Source: Dicyema japonicum (lineage: Eukaryota > Animalia > Dicyemida). From it: a DNA stretch of 32,367 bases. This document shows, in pieces, positions 11,574-22,985 of the stretch. Made by a program: the position numbers and the translations under genes. The stretch is taken from contig RDEW01000141.1 in assembly GCA_011109175.1 (NCBI GenBank), positions 11,130 through 43,496 on the forward strand, read 5' to 3'. The first letter of the stretch is position 1; each line of letters begins with the position of its first letter. The notes under the pieces were generated by a model. That model was not told where the DNA came from. It worked only from the letters and a program-made list of their open reading frames with translations, and searched no databases.

Positions 11574-13560
11574 GATCCCCACTGACATAATCGACGTTTA
11601 GCTCTCCTCACGATTGCTACAGAGATCAACTGGAGTTTTGACAATAAGATGAGTGTTATTAGGAATGCACAGATTGAACTGGTTATTTGTAAAAAGGGTT
11701 ATTAATGATTTGGCAAAAAAATGGTCCATCCAGGAGGTAATGTATTCTGATTAGTCGCAATTTGGACAACCACCGAGAGAACTGACCCTTGAGGAACCGT
11801 AAAGGAAGCTGTTGGATAGAGTAGGGTCCCTCATCAAGTTTTGTTGTTAATCAATCAAAACTGCTTCCAAAGGGTTAATGTCTGTAGTTAGCGGGAAAAA
11901 GGCCATCATTTCTTCCTAGGGTTTTTGAGATTATCTTCAGGATCCTAATTCTCGTAAATACTGATCCTAACATGTGCGAATGTAAGTCCTTGGTTAAAAG
12001 TCACAACCACCTTTTCCTTAAAAGGGTTGTCACGCGTTAATTCTGGTTCTAGGCCTACTTGTATGATGTTGTCAGCAAGATTTAGAGAGGGTCAGAAATG
12101 ACACCTCCAGGCGTTCCTTCCAACTATTGGGTTAAGGAATTGATCATTCCCTGAACCTTTTGAATGTGACGTCGTAGTCCTGTCCCTTGCAGCAATGACT
12201 ATTATGTCTTCTGCATATGAAAGGGGGAGACAGTTTTCGTTTTTGGGTTGTGGTATGTCGTATTTATAATTTGTTGTGCTGATGATAGTTGGGATTTTTG
12301 GAGCATCTCATTTGAGAAAAAGCGAGTCCTTGCCAGCCTTCCGAATTGGTTTTAAGTGAGATATCTTACAAACTCCCTATATAGACGTATTAAATATATC
12401 ATTTAGAGCAAGAAGGGCCAGATGCCTCAGTTCCATAGTCAAGATGGAATCCGGTTCTCTGGTTCTGGAGTTCTACGTCATAGATGTTGTCAGATGAGCA
12501 TTAGTGTAGGAAAATACGATCCAGTCTGTGGAGCTTTCCATTCTAATCTCTTCAAGTAAACTCGGTGATCTCTGGGGAAATCTTTGTGTGAAACTGAACC
12601 ATAATATTTAATCAGAGAGTTGGAATCAACGTGAATTCCTTCGAGATGTTGTACAGAGGGAGGTTTTGATGGATTTGATCGTATTCCAACTTATGTAACA
12701 GGTTTGCTGAGAGATCTTGGAAATGCTTCGTCCATTGTCCTATGTTTGTGTCTTTGATTTGTGTGTCGATTTCATGTATTCTAAAAAAGTCTTCACCTTT
12801 GAAAAGATTCTTTTTCAACAAGTTCCTATTTGTGCGTACGAAAGCTTATAGACTAGGAAAGGCGCCAGTTCATTGGAATAAATAGCTTCCTTGCTTTGTG
12901 AAGAATCGAGTCGAACTATTTGTTCTACTACAGAAATGTAATGTGTAACTGCAAGTGACTAACAGACATCGATGTATTAATTTTTTTTCCAATTTGGAAT
13001 CCCATCTCTGATTTTATTTTGATCTCCCTAAAGATCAGATAGTCGTTCATAGTGTCATATTTGACAGAACAGTCAAGAAGAGCCAAAAGAAGAGATAACA
13101 ATGAGATATCAACGGATGAAGCTTTATCATTTCGTCAAATTGGTGTTCTTGTATGGAATGCCGGATTTTTGAGTATGCAGAGACTGTGGAGGTTCTCAAT
13201 TATCATCTTCCCACTTTTATACTGAACTTGTCAGCCATAACGGATGCTTCGCATTAAAGTCACCACAAATAAGCAATTCTTAATGAGATTAGAGAATCTG
13301 GGAACAAGGGAGGAGCAGGAACTTAAAGGTGGAAAATATGCGTTGACTAATGTTAGAGAAACTCTGGGAAATTAGTTGCCACAAATTCGAGATTAGTCAT
13401 GGAGCCGTGATTAATATTCAATTAGGTTAGTTAAGAACAGTGTTTCTCAACGAGGTGCGATTTTTGAATATGTTTGGTGCTTCTACGTGCAGACATTAGA
13501 TGGCTATCGTTTATTTCACGAATGGAACACACCAAGAAACAGTTATTGAACGCTTGATCA
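11574..13560 (-). mobile_element. Decayed APE-RT LINE ('family B'), rearranged
   Basis: LVNAYFPP and ICGDFNAKHPLW (APE); EPDSI...LRHL...DIFN...LKPIRKAGKD; LSYAEDIIVIAA; a VPQGSVLS fragment out of order. The 3' end matches 25571-25630. Confidence 0.8.
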
Positions 13561-13579
13561 TGTGGTTAGTTGTGCTGTC

Positions 13580-16500
13580 ATTTATTGTGCTGGAGAAATC
13601 TTAAAGTCTAAGCCGCTTGAAACACGCGCATTTGGTTGGATTAAGGGCCTGGAAAAGCTCAAGGGGGTCGATCGCGACTCTTTTCTCCTGGCTTTCTGAG
13701 TGAAAATGGGGATCGATGGCAGAAGAGGCTGTGTCTGCCTTCCGAAAAGTAGAACTCCAGGCTGGGTCTCAACCTCAGCCAATGGACACTCAAACTATTT
13801 CCCTATAACGTTGGATTACTGTAGTGAGGAAAACGACTGATCTTGTGAACTGCGGTTCCGCTCCGGCCATTGCAGAAGGAATTATCTATTCCGACGACAG
13901 TAGGGAGGAAATGGAATTCTTCGGTTTCCAACAAACCGCAAACGTGCTGAAATCGGATCCAAACCTGAAAAGCCATTTGTAGGCTCGAATCCTTTCAGAA
14001 AGCACGAACTGAAAAGGGAAAACTGGAATCAGGTAAATATGGAACTTACTACACTAGTGAGGTTGGAGGTCTCGTAGCTAAGAGTAGTAAAGCTTCTCTG
14101 CACCATAAGCACTCTGGCTGTTTATTGGAAAGGAAGAGTCGTTAAGCGTAGAGAATCCCAGTTGTTACTGAGGTCAGAAAGGAAGAAGACGTCTCAGTTT
14201 TTGAAGCTGAGGTGAACGCTAAGGTACGTTGTGCTCGGGGCGCATAACATGTCATGGGTAATTCCTAAGGCGGCTGAATCGGCTCAATATTTTTTGCTAT
14301 TTGCTGAGCGCAATTCTCTTCCCTCCGCAGTAACTTCTATTGTCCTGTTCGACAATCTTTTGTCCGAGGTATAGAGAGTTGTAACAGATTTTTTCGGTAT
14401 TGATTGACATCCGATTTTCATTAAACCACTCGAGTAGTCGATCCATGTGGTGTTGTATTCTTTCCGTCGCTGTTTGGGTGTTCTGATCCCGTGAGGCTAG
14501 GACAATATCGTCTGCATAAGCAGAAGCAGATCGTCTTCTCCATTCGGCGTCGGAATGTCAGTCGTAAACAGGTTGAATAGTAATGGTGATAGCGGCGAGC
14601 CCTAGGGTCTCCATTTGGAATAAACAGGAGACAGATTGAATATTTCCAGTACACACTCTACCTCTTCGTCCGCTAAGGAAGTTCATCAGCCATCGTTTGA
14701 GGTTCTCAGGGATATCTGATTGGTAGATTTTTCATGTCAGGTTTTTCCTCGGCAGAGTCAAAAGATTTTTGGACGTCTAGTGAGCATAACATAGTTTTCT
14801 GGTGTTTTGGCATGCACAGAAATCCAGAGCGAATAAAGTTAGTCAGGATGTGAGAAAGCTCATTGTGGACCGATCCTTTTTGAAAACATGCTGGAACGGT
14901 TTATCGAGAGTCTGTTCAGTGATTTTTGCGAGGATGAGCTTTTCCAGAATTTTTGACATGGAGCACAAGAGAGAAATAGGCCTGAAGGAAGCTGGGTCTT
15001 CTTTCGGTTTTCCTGGCTTCAATACTGAGCGAATGTTTGCAAGTTTCCACACCGTTGGGATTGAGTTATAATTAATTGAACAGTTGTAGATTTTGGTCAG
15101 GTACCGATTCCCTTATTGCCTAGGTTTTTCAGAAGGATTATGGGAATTCCGTCTGGACTATGAGAATGTGTTACTTTTGTTTGGTTAGGATGCCATTAAC
15201 TCCTTTTCCGTGAAATAAGGTTATTGATCCCTTTTCGGTTTTTTTGCGGCGCTTTGAGTAGGTCAGTCCACATGTGTGTATTGTGAGAGATTTTCGCGTA
15301 GTATTTTATTGCAGCGTTTAGGTTTTTTTGGCTGAATTCGTCATTTCCGGGTGTCTCTCATCCATCTTCGAGATATTTCGAATTGTCTTCCAGACTTCGG
15401 ATGTTAACCGGTTACGATTTAATGACGTAATGACCATTTTCCATTTAGCTCTCTGTATTATGAATTCATTTACTTTTATTTCCTCATTCAGCACTATTAG
15501 ACGGATCTTTGCTTCGGAGAAACGGATCTTTGCTTTTTTGAGACGGTTTCGTTCCTTGACCAGAGCCTTTTCCATACTCTCTCGTGTAAACGACATATCT
15601 TTTAGGGACAGCCATTGTTCTTGCTTCCAGGATGACTTTGTTGACGTAGGCGACCACTATATTAAGGGAGGTAAAGTTTTCCAGCTGTATATTAGCCGTA
15701 ACTGATCGAATAATTGCCAATTTGCAAGATTGTATATGCAGGTTTTTTTTCCACTGGTAATTTCGCTTTTGATTTTTAGCAGAATAGGGTTATGATCACT
15801 TCGGGTGTCGTAGATGACGCACCAATTAATCGTTGGTGAAAGCTGTGGTGAACAGAGTGTGATATCTGGGGAGGTTGGATTGTCAGAGTTCCTTTGAGGT
15901 GTTCTTGTGTTTTTTATGGGTCATTGATGATTGTCAGATGCGTCAACAGCAAATTTCCTCTTGTATCTGCAGACTGATTTAACAGCCAGAAAGGGTGTTT
16001 AGCATTCAAATCGCCGCACATCACGACTTCGTTCCAAATTTCCAGTGCTGATAAGTCCGGCATAGTGTAATGTTTCGACATGAGCCCGGAGACGGAATAT
16101 ACATGTTTACAAAATATAGTCTTCCTTTTGTTGTGCCAACAAATACTCCGATTGTCTCCGTGGTTTCATCACTCCCCAAAAGTTTCTTCGCTTCGAGTGT
16201 ATGGTCCTCATACTTTATGCCTTTTCTGATTAATGTAAGTAGTCCTTCCACGTTTCTTAGTGCAATCTTTGTATCCGGGAAAGAGGGGCATAGTATCTTT
16301 TGCTGATAGCTTCGATTCTTGGATGAGCACGATGTCAGCTTTAAGTTTAACAACCAGAGTTCTAAGTTCAATAATTTTGCCTTTTATTCCGTTCACATTC
16401 AGTTGTATAACGGAGATCCGGTCCTTTGACTTGTGTAGGTTGCGAATCCGAGAAGCTGTAGCCAGACCAGTAATCCGTCGACCGGGGGCGACATGTACCC

Positions 16501-16600
16501 CCGGTGGAAGAGAGCTAATGGCTCTTTTTGGAAATGCTTTAGGAGCATTTTGAGCGCCTCCAGAGTTGTTTCATCCGGTGACCACATGACGCCACGCTAA
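13580..16600 (-). mobile_element. Near full-length decayed single-ORF APE-RT LINE ('family A')
   Basis: VIQLNVNGI, ADIVLIQESKL and SDHNPIL (APE); WKLANIRSVLKPGKPKEDPASFRPISLLCSMSKILEK, LDVQKSFDS, SPLLFNLFTTDIP, AYADDIVLASRD, SINTEKS (RT). Many frameshifts. Confidence 0.92.
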
Positions 16601-16665
16601 AAATTTAAAATAGCAATCATGATAGTGGCTACTAGGGCTACTAACATTTATTTATTTAATAATAA

Positions 16666-16963
16666 AGCCATAGTATTTATAGCTCCGCATAGGCAGAACA
16701 CACACTTTATTTAAGTAAAGAACAGTTAATTTTAACTAATCGTAGAACCAAGGAATGGTCTTCACTTCTTTTTTTTCTTTTTCTTTGTGTGAGTGTCCTT
16801 TCTAGACAACCCAGTTCCGCAGTGAGTATCCACTGATGACGGCGTCACTCGTCAAACCCTTTCTGCATCGTAGATGCGTGGAACCTTCCACCAATTGAAC
16901 AACAGCGAGATTCGAACCCGTTACCTAAGCCACTTAAGCCCGACACCTAACCACTATGCCACC
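16666..16963 (-). mobile_element. tRNA-derived SINE (~300 bp)
   Basis: A box TGGCATAGTGG and B box GGTTCGAATC on the minus strand; aligns end to end with the plus-strand copy at 19119-19403. Confidence 0.9.
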
Positions 16964-17077
16964 TGGTATTTAATAATAATTTACTGAATTTTTAAATAAA
17001 AAAATATTATATTTAAAAACAAACTTTCAAATTCTCTTGTGTGTTAATCACTTTTATATTGAAAATATTAGTGAGTA

Positions 17078-18980
17078 ATGCCCGTGCCATTTGGATGGTG
17101 TGAATGCCCATTATTTGGTGATGTAATAGGTAATATTTATGTAAAAATAATAGGGGACATATTTATTCCATTCAAAGTGCCATTAGATACTAATAAATAT
17201 AACATTTCGCCCGAAAATGCTTTCACTTTACAAACATTACTAGAAAAATATCCAAAACTAGGTCATGTTGTTGATTTGACCAACTCTGATGAATATTACA
17301 GTCCAAATACTATTGGAATTACATTTACGAAAATAAAATGCAGAGGGTTAATATTGAATAATAATTGAAGTCACGGAGAACCACCTACAGAGGAGCAGGT
17401 GACAGAATTCATATCAGCAGTCAATTCCTCCAATAATGAGTTATTAATCGGTTGGTTATCTATTATTATGCAGGTGTTCATTGCACCCATGGATTTAATA
17501 GAACTGGGTTCATGATCATTAGCTTTCTCGTTTCTGTCAAAAAATATCGTCTTGAGTACGCATTACAATTGTTTTCCAAGGTTGATGAAGTAGTAAATGT
17601 GATTAGTCGAGAAATCCAGGAATTTATAAACAAAATTATGTTAATGTCTTAATTCAACGGTATGGAAATCAAAACGTGTATTTGTTAGCTGCCTCTCTAC
17701 CATATTGGCATAAAGAATATCAGGAAATAAATAACACAGTCAAATTGTGATATAATTTAAGAATAAATAAAGTTCCTGGAGTTATTGAGATAACAGATAT
17801 TGATACAGTAAATGATATTCGTCTAAAAGTCAGACAAATTGCATATCAATCTACAAAAGATAAATCGTGTTTGGATAAAATTCCGTTTTCATATATTATC
17901 ATTTAAAGGTTAGAGCAATTCATAGGAGAACATCCAATCTCTTTATCTAACGAAAATAAAAACAAATTAGCTGAAAACAAATATAAAGTCAGTTGAAAGG
18001 CTGATGGGTGCAGATACCTAATGGTTGTCTTTAAGAGGGTCAAGTTTATTTGCTGGATAGAAAAAATAGTGTATTTTTTGTTGAAGACTTGTCATTTTGG
18101 CACAGAAAGGATTTGAATAAACATTTAACAAATTTACTTGTCGATGGGGTTATAATTATTGTGATCATTGGAAATGATAGAGGATATTAATGAAGGGACC
18201 AAAACATATCGTTATTTGATTTACGATGTTATTGAATTTAATGTATGATATGTTATTTAGTTCAGTGTACTGGAGTTGGGGCTGCTACCTTCAGTATTCG
18301 GAATTCTGTATTGACAAGGAAATAATTGGTCCACGGTCAGAAAATTAAACAAGTTACTCAATAATAAATTGGAGTCATTTTCTGTAAAAAATAAAAATTT
18401 TTGGGGATATTTCTTGTGTTCCTAAAGTTCTATTCCTTTATATTTAGATTTTCTCTGATAAATTTTCTAATCAGTTATTTCACAAAAGTGATGGTCTGAT
18501 TTTCCAACCAGTCAACAAAGTTTACCACTTGTTTATTAAAGCCTTATCATTTTGGTCGTAGTGACACTACTCTTAAATGGAAACCTCTCCAATATAATAC
18601 TGTTGATTTCAAACTGAAAGTATTCAAGAAACCTCAGTTAAGGGGTAGTTTTTACCTTAATTATAGAATTTACCAATATAAGCAGAATTGTTACTCTTGA
18701 ATGAAAAATCAAATTGACAAAAATTTTTGATTAAGTTTTTATTTTGTTTTATACTAGTTTTCAAAGGATATGATCAATGGGTGGTAAAATTGTTGAATGT
18801 TATCATGGGAGTTGTCTTCCTGAAAAGGACATTTTGGCATATTCTCAGAGTTAGAGATGATAGGATACTCCCAATTCACTGTAACAGCAAAAGTATTATT
18901 TTATTATTATTTAGCTGTTTTAAAGCATCAATGATCAGATTAATGATATTGATTTACTCACTTATGTTGAAGTATTCTGA
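17078..18980 (+). CDS. RNGTT: mRNA capping enzyme (Cys-phosphatase triphosphatase + guanylyltransferase), about 14 exons; disrupted in this sequence, so possibly a pseudogene or an assembly error
   Basis: VDLTNS, CRGHGEPP, VHCTHGFNRTG, RNPGIYK, VS*KADGCRY (motif I), DGEM (III), RYLIYD (IIIa), DGLIFQP (IV), LKWKP (V), KIVEC, LRVRDDR (VI). 13 introns of 21-26 nt (e.g. 17130-17153, 17347-17370, 17451-17473, 17581-17606, 17885-17908, 18149-18170, 18243-18265, 18427-18447, 18520-18541). TGA at the Trp before motif I and many frameshifts in the GTase half. Confidence 0.93.
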
Positions 18981-19118
18981 CAATTCATAATTTTATTACA
19001 TTCTTTTTGAATTTCATGGTTTATTTTCAAATTTGTCTCATAAATTCACAAATAATATATATTGCGATCATAAAATAAGGAGGGTTGGATTATGATGTAT
19101 AGAAAGACCGTTTGGAGG

Positions 19119-19430
19119 GGTGGCATAGTGGTTAGGTGTCGGGCTAAAGTGCTTAGACTACGGGTTCGATTCTCGCTGCTGTTCACCTGGTGGAAGGTTC
19201 CAAGTATCTACGATGCTAAAAGATTGACGAGTGACGCCGTCATCAGTGGACACTCACTTCGGAACTGGATTGTCTAGAAAGGACCCACACACAAGAAAAA
19301 AAATAAAGATCATTCCTTGGTTCTCCGATTAGCTAAAATTAACTGTTCTTTATTTAAATAAAAGTGTGTGTCCTGCCTATGCGGAGCTATAAATATTATG
19401 GCTCTCGTGAAAAGGTTTTATTATTATTAA
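19119..19430 (+). mobile_element. tRNA-derived SINE (~300 bp) with a (TAT)n tail
   Basis: A box TGGCATAGTGG (19121-19131), B box GGTTCGATTC, core TTGACGAGTGACGCCGTCATCAGTG, tail ttttattattatt. Confidence 0.9.
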
Positions 19431-19834
19431 GGCCATTTGACATTTTGCATTCCAATTTCGAGTGTTAGCAACAAGTTGAGTAATTAAGGATTGGGGAATA
19501 ATGAAAAGGTCTATATAACATGTCATCTCTTTGAGCTTTTCGAGGTTTAAGGTGGCCTATCTTAGAATAATGAATTTGTAGGCCTGGTCTCGGAAGGATA
19601 GCATATATTTAAGATTAAAAAGACTAGTATGGAGACTTGGAAGATACGGATTAAGAGTGGAGACAAGTCATTCCATTCGTTGTCCTTGTATTTTTCTTCG
19701 TCAATTTGTTAATTTCAGACAGATATTCAATTTTTCTCCAAAAACATCGAGAATGGTGGTGAAAGCCACGATTCGATATGAAACTACGGGGAATATATTA
19801 GCAGACAATCTGTGAAAAAACATAACGCTCTTCT

Positions 19835-20470
19835 TGTTTGGTTGAGGTGGTGACGTCCTTTTCTAGTACTAAGTGCTGGTAATGTGTCAAAAACACTATG
19901 GACGAAAGAATGTCAGTGTAATGACTTTTAATGTGAGAGGAATCAGTTCTGAAATACGAAAAAATAATTTTTGCCAAAATCTAAAGCATTACGGAGTAGC
20001 TGTTGAATACAATGGGGAATAAAGATTTCTGTTTCTAGGACCGGGCTGTAGGCATTATGTAATTGGCTTTGTGGTGCATAAAATCATTACAATTTTTTAT
20101 TTAAAGGTAAAACCAAACTAATTATCACGTGATCCCGATACATTCTAACAGAGACCTCATCTTTGCCCTGTGCTCTTCCTTCGTCCCCGCGCATGAACGA
20201 ATAGGCTGCCTGAATTTTCAGGGCCACCTTCCCGTGATCTGAAGTCTATTTTCATAAGGGTCTCCATAGGCGTAGGTCCGGGTCGGTGATCTTCACAAAT
20301 CCAACGCTCCGTTCCTCTGTAAGCCCTCTTTTGCATTTTCTCATATTTGTCCAAGATATGAACGGTCCCCACGAGGCATTATGTAATTTGCTTTGTGGTG
20401 CATAAAATCATTACAATAGTATTGGAAATCAATGACAGGACTCATAATCCAGATATAGCAATATTATGTG
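19835..20470 (+). mobile_element. 5' fragment of an RTE-like LINE (APE start), interrupted by a later insertion
   Basis: MSVMTFNVRGISSEIRK and IGFVVHK. The 5' sequence tttggttgagNtggtgacgt is shared with the element starting at ~30422. Confidence 0.65.
20050..20417 (-). mobile_element. 5'-truncated LINE 3' end (20094-20373) flanked by a 44-bp target-site duplication
   Basis: Direct repeat at 20050-20093 and 20374-20417 (1 mismatch). The insert encodes QKRAY...W...PTPMETL (cf. QKRAF...W...PTPLEDL at 540-620) and ends in GGGATCAC plus an A-rich tail. Confidence 0.85.
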
Positions 20471-20854
20471 ACATGCTAGACTGGTCACCATTGTAATCTT
20501 ACATTTTTTTTAATTTAATTTATTAACCCCATATGTAACCTAAATTTCGTACAAAAAATATTTAAATTATTTGCCCATATTTTTTAATTTCATTATTGTG
20601 TCCTCAAAGACGTTAGTGCCTTTCTTTAATAGGTTAAGCATATTTTAAATACGAGAATGTTCTAACCCTAATCCATAAAGGTTTATCGTCCACTAATCCG
20701 AAATGCATACAATCATGCTCTGCATAGAAATAGTCATTACGGAATCAAGTTAAAGAGTGTTTATGGCAACTAAAACGAATTATGGCATTTAAAATCAAAA
20801 ATAACACGTGACTCACCGACAACGTGCTGGAAGAAAAGAGATACAGTTTACAAG

Positions 20855-20950
20855 ATGAACCAACAAGTAATTCCTTGTGTAGATGTTGAGGCAAACCCTG
20901 GACTAGCCAGAATAGTTCAACAATATACTAAGAACGAAAAGAACACCACA
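20855..20950 (+). mobile_element. Remnant of a LINE 5' end with a degenerate 2A-like motif
   Basis: MNQQVIPCVDVEANPGLARIVQ: two single-base changes away from CGDVEANPGP. Confidence 0.55.
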
Positions 20951-21059
20951 TGTTAATTATCACCATTCCTTAGGATTTCACTTATGAAGCCATACTATTT
21001 TGTCTACTAGTTATATTTATTTAAAAACAAGAATCATCGAAAAAAATAATAGAGTGGGG

Positions 21060-21800
21060 GCCGTCCGGTGATCCCGGCCTCCTCATGCCGCAGTCTCATC
21101 CTTTCTCTGTGCTCCTTACAATTCGTGTATTGACGAATCACTTTTCGGAGGTTTTGAAGTTTCAACTGAGTTCTCATCTCTTCACGAGTTCCTCGGAGTT
21201 GGCTTTAGTGGCGAGGAAGAGGACCTTTGTATTGCCCTCGTTACCATCTCTTGAAGAAGCTAATGGAGTGACGCTTATTTCAATTCCGATCGAAGTGTCG
21301 GGACCATTAAGGACAGTAATGTCCTCATCAGTATCTCTATCAGACTTGGAGTGGAGATTTTTTCAGACGACAAGTGCCGTTGAGGTGGTAACGTCGATTG
21401 TAATGGACATCATGCCATTTCTAGCCGAAGAAGGGAAAGATGATTCCAAAGACATAAGTCGATAAACAAAAAATGTGAAGCCATTTCTGATACTACACAT
21501 GCTTGTTGGGGTTGGTTTGGGCCCCTCTGTGATTCCTATGGATTAGAATCTCCAAGAGTGTCGGTATCATGTTTATATTTTTTATAAACCACTTCTCTGT
21601 CACCTCAAAAGCCCTTTTTATGTTGACGCAATCTTCTCAGCATTAGTCCAAGAGATTAAAGGACATGCAAAAAAATGCATGGCTCAATATATTGCGATTA
21701 AAGCGATTTTTAGTAATGGGTGTCCAGATTTTCCCCATTCGGCTTTTCATCAAGTTGATTTTATTCTCACATTTGTTAACACAATTTCTTATAATTTATC
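21060..21800 (-). mobile_element. Decayed LINE 3' fragment(s), family A
   Basis: KCENKINL and KRAFEVTEKW match 330-570; terminal GGGATCAC at ~21072-21079. Confidence 0.65.
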
Positions 21801-22339
21801 ATCAATGTTCGAAATAAATTAAAATTTGGGAAAAATAATCATAAAATTATTTTTTAATAAAAAGCCTCATTAATTTATTTTATCTCTAATCAACCAAGTT
21901 TTCTTTATTTGAATTTTCTATATTATACTTGTTGACAGTTCTGTAGAAATCCTGGCCATTCCTTTGTATCGACGACTCCGACAGAGCAGTGACGAGAGTA
22001 AAATCCGACGACTCCGTTAAAGGCGTTGTCATTTCGCGTAAGGAGATAATTTTGTCCAACATCGAGGCAGAGTTGATAGCTCATTGAAGAACAAGCATAT
22101 TTTATAGAAGGAACAATGGTTGTCTGTGTAATTTACGTATGAAAACTTCTAATTATTCCAAAGACCAAGGATACAACCAAACTAACTAATTCCTTGATTC
22201 TTTGCTTGGGAGCGAAATCTTCTCCCAGAGGAATAGAGGAAAAAATTTCAAAATCAAGAATTATAAAATAATTAGGCATTCAACACAGTTTATGTAATAT
22301 CCTAATAATAATGGCATTACCTAAATATTTTTAGAAATT

Positions 22340-22985
22340 GCTTTAAAGATGTCGGCTTCTACATTCCCCATCAGAAGGCTAGGACAGAAAAAAGACAAGG
22401 CTAGCTCCAACATTTTAACATGCACTGCAATTCCCTATATGTTTCTTATGGCTATCTGCAATTATGTTATGTGTATCAGCATCCAAGTCTCAGTTCACAT
22501 TATTCACTACGGACAGAAGGTTTAAAAAGGGTCTTCGGAAATGGAACATTCTGAATGCGAAGGTAAAGAAGAGCCCCTTCCCCTGGCTGCATGCGTCAGC
22601 AAGGTCTATTAACAAGTCATCGTACCTACTATTGAATATGCCTGCTCCGCCTGGAGGTTTGCGATTCCCCCTACCGTTTGAACTCCCTCAGGCAGAGAAT
22701 TATGCACCACACGGACATCCCCATTGGTGACCTCGTTTCTGATGAGGCGACGTTGGAAAATGGCCAGGGTTTCCTACGTTTCTGCAAGGAACTGGAAAAC
22801 CCACTCAAGGAAAAGGTGGCCCATGCAGAGGAATTTCGGTCGGTAATAAAAAAGTGCACGCCGATTGAATTCCTTTGCAGAAAAAAGAGAAGACACTTCC
22901 GGAGTGTGGTTGGATCATCAGAAGACCAAATGACGAGAATTCAGATGTTGTTGGAGGCTGGGATCACCTAATAAATTAGTTTTGA
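22340..22985 (+). mobile_element. LINE 3' fragment, family A
   Basis: VSASKSQFTLFTTDRRF (cf. SPEKSVTSLLTSDKRI), VIVPTIEYACSAW, ending IQMLLEAGIT*. Confidence 0.75.

Noticed and set aside
17747-17761. Possible 15-nt intron (gtgatataatttaag) in RNGTT, which would be Stentor-sized
   Set aside because: A 23-nt intron (17739-17761) plus one homopolymer correction explains the region equally well and fits the size mode.
17994-17996. TGA at a conserved Trp position in RNGTT suggesting UGA=Trp recoding
   Set aside because: All other conserved Trp codons checked in RNGTT, ANAPC2, TRIP4 and the GOT-like gene are TGG, and TGA is the apparent stop of TRIP4 and RNGTT. A point lesion or sequencing error is simpler.
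19119-19190. Functional tRNA gene
   Set aside because: A and B boxes are present, but I could not fold a full cloverleaf and the sequence continues into a 230-bp repeated body, so it is a SINE head.
21085-21465. 126-aa plus-strand ORF, and similar antisense ORFs at 15328-15705, 16260-16553 and 4202-4513
   Set aside because: Shadow frames on the opposite strand of retroelement coding remnants.
21940-21960. Possible third 2A-like motif (VE..NPGH)
   Set aside because: Needs a 2-base insertion and further substitutions, and no APE domain follows.
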